Positions 12,010 to 24,966 of a DNA stretch of 64,000 nt are shown piece by piece. The stretch comes from Takakia lepidozioides (Eukaryota > Plantae > Bryophyta), in contig CM060732.1 in the NCBI GenBank assembly GCA_030704615.1, positions 18,166,001-18,230,000 on the forward strand, in the 5' to 3' direction. Below the pieces are notes generated by a model, which was not told where the DNA came from, ran no database searches, and saw only the letters and a list, made by a program, of their open reading frames with translations. The first letter of the stretch is position 1. The number at the start of each line of letters is the position of its first letter. Both the position numbers and the translations under genes were made by a program.

Positions 12010-13836
12010 AGCGAAGATATACATGTCATGTCAAGACATGGACAAGACCGCTGAGGTCATTGTCATTGAAAGACAAAACAGCCCTTTACAGGGCACCATC
12101 TAACATTCCCTTTCATGTTTACAATCTCATTTGAATACCCCATATCATTTCAGGGTCTCTGAAAAAACAGGGCGGGAGGGTGGGATCCCAGGTCATTCAT
12201 ATCATGAAAAAACCATAGTATGCATCATCATCTCAAAAATTCATTTCAAACTCATTTCAAAACCAGATTGTAGGTTTGGTTTGAGAGTGATGTTTTAGAA
12301 CCAAGATATAAGCAAGATTCTTAAAAAGGAAGAAGAAGAAACAGCAGGGTAGAGCCCCCTAAGTAGGTATAGGCATGGAATGGTATTTAAGGCCTCATAA
12401 AAATAGTTCTGCCAAGGTGAAAGAGCAGCTCAGAAACCCCTGTTTGTTATCAAGCCATGAAACCAAAATGATATGAGGGCCTTGAAGAATGTGTGTATCT
12501 GTCAAAGCCTATCCTTTTGATCCATCAGAGTCATACCAAGAAGTTTCATTTCAGAGCCAGGTATCAAAGCAGTCAGAGTAATAACTGCTATTTTGTATCC
12601 TTGTACCCTTCATAGCTTAACTCCTACACATGCAAATGTGGTTGTAAAAAACCAGAAACAGGGGTTAAGGAGAGAAGCAGATCCTCATTGGAGCCATCTT
12701 GAAGCAGGTCTGAAGCGGCATGGTGGCAGTTTGAAACATCAGATGGCATCAGCAGCATAGGCAGCAGCAGAATCCACATTTGCAAAAACAGGAGCTGCAA
12801 GCTTTCAAGAAATCAAGACAAGTGAAGACCCTCACCTGTGCCCGTCCCAAAAACACCACATAGCGATGGTGTTAGTGAGGATGCAGCAGGTAAATGGCAG
12901 GTCTTCACAGTGCTATCCATACATGTCAGTGTTGAATTCTAAGCAAGTACAGATCACAATTCAAGCAAGGGTAAACTCAAAAAAACCTTGAGTGTTTGTG
13001 GTATGCCCTGCGCCATGGCGTCCAACAGATCGTCTCCAACAGAACGCAATCAGAGTAGAAGCGTTCACAGATAGAGAATGGCTCATACACAAAGAGAGAG
13101 CAATAACATGTAATCTGTAGATAAATAGGGATAGAGTACTTCCCAACAAGGAGTAAAGCGTCGCTGCAAAATAAAGAACCATGAGTTTCTGATCAAAGCG
13201 ATCACCGCTTTGTCGTCTGCCAGAGAAGAATCTGTTTAACCACCAATGCGCATCCCAAGAGCCAGCCATCACGAGTACCATGCAGCAGTAGGGGAGCAGG
13301 TTTATACGGCGCATCATCAAGGTTCACTGAAGCACGAGTTCAGTGCTGTGAAGTGTGTCGGCCTGCTTAGGGCAAAACTTCCCGATTTTTCATCCAGGGT
13401 GGATGAAAAATCACATTTTACCAAGAGGCACTTTTCAATGGATGACATCCCATAGAAATGTATCTTTTAGGGTTATGGTATAGGCTTAGGTTTAATAACT
13501 GCCATCATTTATGATGGTAGTTTTATTATTCTCTTGGATTTAAAAATAGGTAACCATTATTTATGTAGATCATCCAGTTTAGATGAAAGAAATAGATGGT
13601 AAATCCAGCTTTCTGTACATTAAGTTTCATCACCCTATAATAAAATCATCCAGATTGGATGAAAAAGGCTGGGATGAAAAACTAAATAACCTCAAAAGTT
13701 AAGGCCAGATGAAATCCAAAGATTTATAGATGGAGAGGGAGAGAGGGAGAGAGGGAGAGAGGGAGAGAGAGGGAGACATCAGGGGGCAACAAAGAAAAGA
13801 GAAGAAGGTGGGGGGGGGGGGGAGTGACTGAGCAGC
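12010..13836 (-). mobile_element. Complete solo family B unit
   Basis: Minus strand starts CTGCTCAGTCACTCCCCCC (~13835) and ends GACATGACATGTATATCTTC (~12013). Confidence 0.65.
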
Positions 13837-13895
13837 TGCTGCTGCTCAGTCACTCCCCCCCCCACATTCTCTGTTTTTCTTTGTTGCCCCCTCTC

Positions 13896-14637
13896 TTGGG
13901 GAAACAAAAGGGACAGATCCTACCTCTATCAGGGGCTGACGTTGGTAGTAAGACTTACCTTCACATATAGAATTAATCCGGGTTTTCCAGATATCCTCTA
14001 CAAATCCCTTCACACTAGCATCAATCTGCTGTGTGTGAGATGCCCAAAAACTAGGGAAGGGGCTGGGCTTTTGGCTCAGCCTCGACTTTTTCAAAGTTAG
14101 TAAACAGAGGTACTGCACAATTCCCTTGATAGATTTGAAGAGAGCGTCTCTTTTGAGAGAACCCCGGACAGTGTATCAGAAAATGAGTACTGTCTTCAGA
14201 TTGCCCACACAACGGGCAATTGCACTCTTCCTTTCCTCTCTGCTTCTGTTTGTTGTTCAAAGGTAGGCTTCCTGCCCTGAGTTTAAATTTCAGTCTAGTG
14301 CCGAGAGTGGGTAGACCCTTGAGGTCATCGAAGATGTCCTCCCCCATGTCACTGACTGGAAACAAGTTCAGGGAAGTTTTTTTGCCTAACTTCATTTTCA
14401 TCAGACAATCTCATGGCAACAGACATGGTTGGACACTACAGTCTCTAAGTCAGATTTATCCAGCAGGGTGAAGACTTGTGGTTCCAGGTCCAGGTCCTTG
14501 AGAAATCTTCTATTGTCTTCTACCAGGACTTAGCCTGTTTGACAGGTCGGTGGGCGGTCCTGTCTCCAAGATATAGAGTCGATTAACTTAGGATATCTGG
14601 TGTTGGACATATGATGCAGCTGACCCCACCATCTGAC
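13896..14637 (-). mobile_element. LINE ORF2 3' fragment (zf-RVT-like), duplicate of 1-600 plus its C-terminal extension
   Basis: ORF 14051-14401 is nearly identical to 11-364. Confidence 0.75.
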
Positions 14638-16755
14638 CTCCCCCCCCCCAACCAATTTTTTTTCTTTGTTGCCCCTCTCTCCCTCTGTCTCCCTCTCTAC
14701 TGGGAATTGGCAGTTTGCTATCAATGTGGATTTTTTGTTCCTCTATCAAGCTTTTTCATCCATACCAGATGAGCCACCAGGATGGACACTGAATTACCTC
14801 TAGGATGGTTCTTTTGGCCTTTTCATTCCTCCTCTATTGACTCTCATCCATACCGGATGAGTCACCATGGAAGAAAAGAATTACCTCTATGGAGGTTGCC
14901 AACAACATCCTGTTTTTCCATCCGTACCGGATGAAAAACTACCAGGGTGATAATTTTCATTCCTCTTTTATTGACTCTTGTTATCCATACCAGATGGTCT
15001 GGAAAGGAATGATAGAATTACCTAGATGGAGGTAAGGCGTTGCCACAGATGATATTCCCTACTTTTTCATCCTGACACATGTAAGGTGTCTATGGGTGTG
15101 ATTATGACCTGGAATTGATCTTTACTACCCCTAACTATGATTAATTACGGTGGAAATCCTAACCCCTACCCCAAAACCTATTTTTAACCTTGTTACGGAT
15201 GAAATCCGTCAGGGTTTATGGACTCGTCCTACTATTTTTCATCCGCGGATGAAAAATCGGGGGACAACCCTATGTTGTCTCCCCCGCTGTCAGAAGCACG
15301 CGATGTGCTTTTGAGCTCGTGAGGAGAATGTTATGGCGGGCATGGTTCGGTGGCTGCCCTGTTTGTGGTGTCGTACCCATGCTGGACGAGCGCCTGGGGG
15401 GGCGCGAAGGCGGCGCCTTGTCTCTCTTGCAGCGGGAAACACCGCTATGAAAGCAGTGGCATCTTCCCTCCTCTGGCTTTTTCTGTGCTTAGCATGGATG
15501 CTTATGATGGGAAGTTCTCTCCCTCTTTTCTAGTGCCTTGCGTTTGTGCCTGCTTTGCTTCATTGCTTATGTGGTTTGTGGAGGCGGCTTGCTGCGGGGG
15601 TGGTGATGGCGCATAACCCTCTTCCCCAATCGCTTAAGGTGCCTTTGGAGTTTAGGGATTCTCATTTTTTATCTCTTTCTCTTGCTTTTGAGTTTCTTAG
15701 TTGACATCGATGACAAGTGTGAGGGTCTGTGATTCACCTGGGGCTCCACAATCCTCACTAACTTGTTGGTTTTTGTAGGTGAGGATCCTCACCTACTTTG
15801 AAGTTTCTTGAGCATGCAGATTGGGATATGGGCTGAGGAGACCTAGGGTTGTGCGCGCTGTGAGGTGGCTGCTGGCTACAGCCCCGATTTCAACACAACT
15901 GCCTTTGACTTGATATGCTCCAGCCTGCGTTCTGGCCTTTGTCGTTTGTAAGTTATTTTGGCCAAAGAGGATCTGGTTTTTGGTGGTAAGTTTTTGGCGG
16001 TTTTGGGTAACTATGGATCTGATGGCCTTGAAGTTTAAGGCGGCAGCCTGGTAGGGTACTGCCCTGCTCCTTGTCAGGCCCACTTCTGATGTGTACTAGA
16101 TCGTAGTAAGGTGTTTTTGCATGTCTTAGCATGGAACTCTTGAAGGATGAGGATGGTAAGCTGCAATGGAATCCTACCTACTGTTTTGGATCTGTCATCA
16201 CATCATGCCTATGACCTGCCATCTGTTTTTTATACAAAAGAGGCTGGATCTCGGCTGTTCATGCTGTTTGTTGGTACAAATCTTGAACCTGCAATCTGAC
16301 AGGCTTTCACATTCCCTTGATACCTTGTATGATCACATGTCTCCGGGTGAATACAAATGATATGGAATCTACTTCATCTGGATCAAGTTGGACTGCTTGG
16401 TGGGATACTGAGATTCTGACAAAATGCAGGCTGGTCCTTATGCCTTGGCTGATGATGCATGACATGCCATAATTCATGGCTGAATTGGTAAGCTGCTGGT
16501 ATATGTACAGGCTGAACCAAGAGGCCTTGCAGCTTGCACAGGGACAGCAATATCTTATCTTGTCCCACACAAGAACAAACCCCGCCCTCCCACCCTGTTT
16601 GTCTTGGATGATTGGGTGGTGTCTTTTGGGATGATTTGACAAGACTGGAAATGTGAGATAGTGCCCTATCCAGGGCTGTTTATGTCTTTAATTGACAATG
16701 ACCCTTATGGGTCTTGTCCATGGCTTGACATGACGTGAATATCTTCCCTCTCTCT
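14638..16755 (+). mobile_element. Family A unit, duplicate of 600-2725
   Basis: Near identity to copy 1. Confidence 0.6.
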
Positions 16756-16815
16756 TATTAACTTTTTCTACCCCCTCTTTCCCTCTGTGTTTTTTTTTTT
16801 TTTTGTGAGCAACAC

Positions 16816-16851
<36 letters not shown>

Positions 16852-16854
16852 CAA

Positions 16855-18440
16855 CTGCTCAGTCACTCCCCCCCCCCCACCTTTTTGTTTTTTCTTTGTT
16901 GCCCCCTCTCTCCCTCTGTCTCCCTCTCTACTGGGAATTGGCAGTTTGCTATCAGTGTTGATTTTTTGTTTTCTCATCCTCTATCAGGCTTTTTCATCCA
17001 TACCGGCTGAGCCACCAGGATGGACACTGAATTACCTCTAGGATGGTTCTTTTGGCCTTTTCATTCCTCCTCTATTGACTCTTATCCATACCGGATGAGT
17101 CACCATGGAAGAAAAGAATTACCTCTATGGAGGTTGCCAACAACATCCTGTTTTCCATCCGTACCGGATGAAAAACTACCAGGGTGATAATTTTTCATTC
17201 TCTTTTATTGACTCTTTTTATCCATACCGGATGGTCTGATAAGGAATGATAGAATTACCTAGATGGAGGTAAGGCGCTGCCACGGATGATATTCCCTACT
17301 TTTTCATCCTGACACAAATGATCTGTCTATGGATGATATGATTATGGCCTGGAATTGATCTTCACTACCCCTAATTATGATTAATTACGGTGGAAACCCT
17401 AACCCATACCCCAAAACCTATTTTTAACCTTGTTGCGGATGAAATCCGTCAGGGTATATGGATCGTCTTACTATTTTTCATCCATGGATGAATAATCGGG
17501 GGACAACCCTATGTCGTCTCTCCGCTGTCAGAAGCACGCGATGTGCTTCTGAGCTCGCAAGGAGAGTGTTATGGCGGGCGTGCTTCGGTGGCTGCCCTGT
17601 TTGTGGTGTCGTACCCATGCTGGACGAGCGCCTGGGGGGGCGCAAAGGCGGCGCCTTGTCTCTCTTGCAGCGGGAAACACCGCTATGAAAGCAGTGGCAT
17701 CTTCCCTCCTCTGGTTTTTTCTGTGCTTAGCAAGGATGCTTATGATGGGAAAGTTTTTCCCTCTTTTCTAGTGCCTTGCGATTGTGCCTGCTTTGCTTCA
17801 TTGCTTATGTGCTTTGTGGAGGCGGCTTGCTGCGGGTGGTGATGGCGCATAACCCTCTTCCCCAATCGCTTAAGGTGCCTTTGGAGTTTAGGGATTCTCA
17901 TGTTCATATCTCTTTCTCTGGCTTTTGAATTTCTTAGTTGACATCGATGACAAGTGTAAGGGTCTGTGATTCACCTGGGGCTCCACAATCCTCACTAACC
18001 TGTTGTTTTTGTGGGGGCTTGTGATGGACCAGGTGAGGACCCTCACCTACTTTGAAGTTTCTTGAGCATGCAGATTGGGATATGAGCTAAGGAGACCTAG
18101 GGTTGTGCGCGCTGTGAGGTGGCTGCTGGCTGCAGCCCCGATTTCAACACAACTGCCCTTGACTTGATATGCTCCAGCCTGCGTTCTGGCCTTTGTCATT
18201 TTGCCGCCGATGCGCAGCTCGGCCTGACGGGCTTGTTTCCTGAGGCTTGCATACAAACCATACCCTACCTTTTAATCTTTGACAGCAAAGCCTGAGGATT
18301 ACTAAGCTAGGTTGTAAGTTATTTTGGCCAAAGAGGATCTGGTTTTTGGTGGTATATTTTTGGCGGTTTTGGGTAACTATGGATCTGATGGCCTTGAAGT
18401 TTAAGGCGGCAGCCTGGTAGGGTACTACCCTGCTCCTTGT
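16855..18440 (+). mobile_element. Family A unit, duplicate of 2822-4410
   Basis: Near identity to copy 2. Confidence 0.6.
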
Positions 18441-18627
18441 GAAGGTAAGTCTTACTCAACGTCAACCCCTGACAGAGGCAGGTTCTGTCCCTTTTGTTTT
18501 CGCTCAAACAGGGCGCGAGGTCAATAGCCACAAGGCTACGGCAAACAACGTCTTACGAGTACAATCTTTTAACTTTTTCTGCACCCTCTCTCCTTTGTGG
18601 TTTGTTTACTTTTGAACAGCAAAAAAA

Positions 18628-20361
18628 GAGGGAAGATATACATGTCATGTCAAGACATGGACAAGACCGCTAAGGTCATTGTCATTGAAAGACAAAACAG
18701 CCCTTTACAGGGCACCATCTAACATTCCTTTCATGTTTACAATCTCATTTGAATACCCCATTACATTTCAGGGTCTCTGAAAAAACAGGGCGGGAGGGTG
18801 GGATTCCAGGTCATTCATATCATGAAAGCACCATAGTGCATCATCATCTCAAAAATTCATTTCAAACTCATTTCAAAAACCAGATTGCAGGTTTGGTTTG
18901 AAGATGATGTTTAGAACCAAGATATAAGCAAGATTCTTAAAAAGGAAGAAGAAACAAAAGGGTAGAGCCCCTTAAGCAGGTATAGGCCTAGAATGGTATT
19001 TTAAGGCCTCATAAAATAGTTCTGCCAAGGTGAAAGAGCAGCTCAGAAACCCCTGTTTGTTATCAAGCCATGAAACCAAAATGATATGAGGGCCTTGAAG
19101 AATGTGTGTTATCTATCAAAGCCTATCCTTTTGATCCATCAGAGTCATACCAAGAGTTCTCATTTCAGAGCCAAGTATCAAAGCAGTCAGAGTAATAACT
19201 GCTATTTTGTATCCTTGTATCCTTCATAGCTAACTCCTACACATGCAAATGTGGTTGTAAAAAACCATAAACAGGGGTAAGGAGAGAAGCAGATCCTCAT
19301 TGGAGCCATCTTGGAGCAGGTCTGAAGCGGCATGGTGGCAGTTTGAAACATCAGATGGCATCAGCAGCTTAGGCAGCAGCAGAATCCACATTTGCAAGAA
19401 CAGGACTGCAAGCTTCAAGAAATCAAGACAAGTGAAGACCCTCACCTGTGCCCGTCCCAAAAACCACCACATAGCGATGTGTGTGTGTTAGTGAGGATGC
19501 AGCAGGTAATGGCAGGTCTTCACAGTTGCTATCCATGTCAGTGTTGAATTCTAAAGCAAGTACAGATCACAATTCAAGCAAGGGTAAACTCAAAAAACCT
19601 TGAGTGTTTGTGGTATGCCCTGCGCCATGGCGTCCAACAGATGTCTCCAACAGAACGCAATCAGAGTAGAAGCGTTCACAGATAGAGAATGGCTCATACA
19701 CAAAGAGAGAGCAACAAGTAATCTGTAGATAAATAGGGATAGAGTACTTCCCAACAAGGAGTAAAAGCGCCGCTGCAAAATAAAGAACCATGAGTTTCTG
19801 ATCAAAGCGATCACCGCTTTGTCGTCTGCCAGAGAAGAATCTGTTTAACCACCAATGCGCATCCCAAGAGCCAGCCATCACGAGTACCATGTAGCAGCAG
19901 GGGAGCAGGTTTATACGGCGCATCATCAAGGTTCACTGAAGCACGAGTTCAGTGCTGTGAAGTGTGTCGGCCTGCTTAGGGCAAAAATTTTTCATCCAGG
20001 GTGGATGAAAAATCACATTTTACCAAGAGAGGCATTTGTCAATGGATGACATCCCATAGAAATGTATCTTTTAGGGTTATGGTATAGGCTTAGGTTTAAT
20101 AACTGCCATCATTTATGATGGTAGTTTTATTATTCTCTTGGATTTTATAATAGGTAACCATTATTTATGTAGATCATCCAGTTTAGATGAAGAAATAGAT
20201 GGTAAATCCAGCTTTCTGTACATTAAGTTTCATCACCCTATAATAAAATCATCCAGATTTGGATGAAAAAGGCTGGGATGAAAAACTAAATAACCTCAAA
20301 AGGTTAAGGCCAGATGAAATCCAAAGAGTTATAGAGGGAGAGGGAGAGAGGGAGAGAGAGG
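18628..20361 (-). mobile_element. Family B unit / 3' tail of PLE copy 2
   Basis: Near identity to 4603-6420. Confidence 0.65.
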
Positions 20362-23300
20362 GACCCACCAGCCAATCCCCTGGCATGGCAGAACCTTACG
20401 GAGTGAGTGTGGTATGCACTCACCCCGTAAGGGAGTGCATACCAGACCTCTTCTCATAAGGTTTTCCCTCTTCCATGTAGTTCTATCCTCAGATATATTA
20501 TCCAAAGGAGTAGAATCCTACATCCTCACTTCCTCGGATCAAGAATGAAACGATGGCATAAAATGTATCATAGCAAACTAGTATAGTATCACTAGAAAAG
20601 AACGGAGAGTTCAATGGTATAACTTAGCTCTGTATAGTTTTTAGAAAGTACCTTTCAGTTTCTCAATAAGCTCTTGTACAGGGAAGAGCAGGCCAGGGAA
20701 TGAACCACGTTCAAGGAATTTTGTCAAGATACGAGCAAGTTTCTGGTCTTGAAACCATTCCTCCCAAGAGTGTTAATCAGAATGCTACACTCCTTCCCAG
20801 CCAAATCAGCATTGCTGGAAATGTATAGAATAGGCACAGCTTGTGAAATCACAATGTTATAAGATTGATTCACAGGCCTATTGGATAAGAACTGGATATA
20901 TTGAGTGTAAGAGAAAGGGTAGTCTTCTCTTGTCATATTTCTGGAAATGGAACTCACCTGTGTCACTGTTTGAGACTGTAATCTGGATATTCATGAAACA
21001 AGCTTCCAACCCCACGTATTGGGAATCGGTTTTAGTGCGTAGTAGCTCAGGTTTGATCTCCACTACATTGAGTGGGTAGATCCACCAAGGGTTGTTGCTG
21101 CTTCTGTCTGCCCATGGGTCCAGGAATAGCATTGCATCACCCACATTCAGCCAGCATATATCATCAATGTATCTGAAGGCAGATTTAAACATAGGCATAA
21201 GCTGGAATTGTCCTAAAGCTGCAAGCCTTAAGATGAATTTGATTTCATAAGAAAAAGAAGTACATGTTGCACCATAATGGTGAGCATGAAAAACCCATAG
21301 GTATTCCAGAAATCTGCTGCCACACACGGTCCCCTAAGGCGACAAAACAGTGTGACATAAGCCATTTGTGGAGCATAAGTAGCTTGACTTCAGAAAGTTC
21401 AATCCAGGTACCTGATTTTGGGGAAGACGTGCCCCATCTACTTTTTCCGAAAGTACCGTTTTTGGCTGGAATCCATAGAGTATGACGTGCTCGGGGGTGA
21501 GACCGATGGTGTTGCTGGAATGCAATCTTCACCACGTATTCAATGGCGTCCCCTAAGTTATCCTGTCCTGTCAAAGGTATGTTCTCATAGCATTGTGTAA
21601 TGTCAGCAACAAAGATGTTATGGACTTTTTCAGGCAGGTTTAGTGTAAAGTCAGTGATGGAGTCAATAATCCAATACATAGCAGTAGATACTTTGAAAAA
21701 TTGCTCATAAGTATCCAGCCTTGTCTTGGCCCATTCTTTTACCAATGGTAGAAGATCCATGGTAGCCCTTGTAAGAAGGCTAGCTAGTTCACTGAAAACA
21801 CATTTATGGGCATTGGTAATCCATCTGTATTTTTTCTTATGTAGCTTGTAGATTCCCATAATGTAAGGTAGTCTATAGGAGGGAGCAGGTATCTCCGGAA
21901 TCAGACTCTGTATTTCCACGGAAATGTTTCCTAGAACAAGGTCAGGTGGCAGCCATACCTCAGCTTGCTTGCATGGTGTAAAGTCTTTACCCATCAATCT
22001 GTGGAAGGCTTGAGTTCTTATGTGCTTTACACACATAAAACATACGTTGTTGTTAGCCTTGTCAAGACCAGAAAAATACAGGTGATTGAGAAGCCATGAA
22101 AGTTCATCTTTTGCCTCTTTTACAGTAAGAGGATTGCGCTCATGGTGAGTGAAGTCGTACCTTCCTCTGCCGGCTTTTTGTTTCAATCTATCCCAGCATG
22201 TGTTTTTTACCCATTGGCTGCAGGTTGGCCCAAGATTCACATGGGTCTACATGTAAAATTTCACAGGTTCTATGGAAAGCCAAAGACACTTGTTCAACAA
22301 CGTCTTTCAGCAAAGTACGTTTGAGAGGGATGTGATTCATACCTAGGCTGAATAGTTCTTTCAGCCTTGCGTGTCTAATAATATTCAGGTCCATGGTACG
22401 TACGTGTTGCGTAGGTGTAGAACCAGATAGATGGAATTCTGTTTTTGTATCCACATCCCGAAAATCATGAAACCTCTTGGCACTGTCACATAGACAATCT
22501 GGTGAGTGAATCAGGTCTTGCATAAAGCAAAAATCACGGAAAACAGCAGCAGGCTGATAGTATTCAGAGCTGCTTTTTTATGATATGTCCATCCAAAAAC
22601 TATCTCATCGATGAGAATAGCCAAGTCATTTTGTCCAAATTCCAAAAAAGCTTCTTTTATCAAGTTCCTAGGGTTTATCCACTCCATACCACGGTTTGGG
22701 TACAACATATGAATGAATCCCAAGGGAGCAGGTTTTGCTGCCTGTTTTATGAATTTCCTGCCATGGGCATGAGTTTCAATTTGTCTGCAACCATCCTCAA
22801 GACCAAACAACGCATCTGCACATACAAAGTAGAGGAACATACCAAAAATGAGATTTTTAAAGATCTGTCCATGATCCAAAATCTCGTTTGCGTATTGGGG
22901 AGAACTCGTCAGTGATACGACGAGTCTTGTATGACTCCTGGCTGGCGATGTTGATGGTGGTACTGGAATTAGCACCCGAACCCCCAAGTGATGACCGATT
23001 CGTTGCTCTTGAATTCTCAGAGGTGTGGTAGAGTATTGCCCCTGCCAGAGCGTCCTCCTCTTTGGTAGAGACCTCTTCCACGACCAGGGGTGCCTCTGCC
23101 TCGAGTGGCATTGTTCTTGCCTTGTTGAGGAGGCGTCTGCCCCTCCATACGCTGCCGTTTGTAGCTATTGAATTGTGGCCTGGGAAGGCTGTCTGAAAAA
23201 ACCCAGGTTTCACAAGTTTCTCAATGTATCTGGCCCCCTTGGATTCTCCTAACTTCCCAAGCAACTTGGCTTGGGGGTCAATTGAGAATTCACAAGCTGC

Positions 23301-24578
23301 TTCCATTATGAAGCCCCGGGTCATCTGGAAGGTAATTTGTGCAAGTACAGCAGATCTGGCAGCCCGCATGATCCACACCAGAAAGCTGTAATACTTGGTT
23401 TGCACCGAAGGATAGGCATCATCAGGGAAGAACACAATCAGATTGTTCAGCATATACCATACCATATGGTCAAACCAAGCAACACTCCCAATGCAAGAAG
23501 AGGGTGCCCCTCCTTGTCCACAGTTACATCTTATGTAGGGACGATGCCAGTTGAAGAGTTGACTCTTGTGATTTTTGGATCTGGCCGAACCAGTCGGCAA
23601 GTCATTTTTGGTCCTCAAGGTAAGGTTCTCACCTTTGTCACAGAGCTTGTAGTAGAAGGTCCTTAGTGGCCATGCCACAGCAATAGGTTCCTTTTTTATT
23701 CTCTGAAAACCCTCCTTAGCATCCTGTGCACATCTACTGCGTTCAGCAGGAGTTATGTTGCCCCATTTGACCACATTTCAATAGAAATGGGTGCCAATAA
23801 ATTGATATTAGCATGTGGGTGCCACATCATGTGGTCGTTATTGGCAACCTCTAATTCAACTGCACGGGGAGGCAACCAAGGGACAAACTGCAGATTTCCA
23901 GGAGTGGCACCTGCTGCCCTTTCTTGTTCCACTTGTGAGATTTCTACTTGTTCACAGAATTCTCTCACTGCCTCTTTTTCTTCATCCGGTAAAATCATGT
24001 GCCCAAGGATTGGGTGATTACTTACAGAAGGGATGAAGTCTTTTTCAGATGTGTTTGTAGATTTCTGCGTGGAGACAGTCTGGTCATCTTCTGGGTTCGC
24101 CATTCTAAGAGCTGCCTCAATGGCTGATCCCTTCTTTTCCCATTGTATCAGCTCCTCGGCATCATCTTCCAGTACCTCAATCATTTTAGTATTGAATTCC
24201 TGGAGCTTCTCCAGGTACCTGCCATTCTTATTTGCCATGATGCCAAGTGCAACCCAATTTTCCAAAGCCAAGTTTCAAGTAATAACACGGGGTTTTCATC
24301 ACCTGAATTTTCCACGGCCTCAGTATCCATCTTTTGCAATGCAGCATGGAAGTCTTGGTGTGACTTGTGCGAGGGTTGCCTGCACAGCAGGAATTGGAGG
24401 AGGTAGTGGGGACTGATACCCCAGGGCTATGAGGTCCTCATTCCAGCTAGGACCTCCTTTGGTGACTTTCTGTCAAAGCCCCCCGAGAACATTTGTCAAT
24501 ATATCAAAATGAGAAGGTGAAAAGGAGAAGGTAAGGTAGATGGTGTGTACAAAAACCACTAAGTACACTGATCAAATA
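20362..24578 (-). mobile_element. Penelope-like retroelement, copy 2
   Basis: ORF 21245-22240 holds DKANNN, YIMGIYKLHK, ADITQCYENIP and QQISGIPMGFSCSP. ORF 20878-21327 holds FRYIDD. Confidence 0.87.
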
Positions 24579-24966
24579 AAGAGAGGGAAGATATACATGT
24601 CATGTCAAGACATGGACAAGACCGCTAAGGTCATTGTCATTGAAAGACAGCCCTTTACAGGGCACCATCTAACATACAATCTCATTTGAATACCCCATTA
24701 CATTTCAGGGTCTCTGAGGGCGGGAGGGTGGGATTCCAGGTCATTCATATCATGAAAGCACCATAGTATGAACTCATTTCAAAAACCAGATTGCAGGTTT
24801 GGTTTGAAGATGATGTTTTAGAACCAAGATATAAGCAAGATTCTTCCTATAGCCGTTGCAAATGGCAAGGCACAGGCCTCCCATTGCTAAGAATGGTCGG
24901 GGGTTCTTCAAGGTCCCATGCCATTTGGGAGAGGGTCTCAAAAGGAAAACACCAGTTGTTGGTTTA

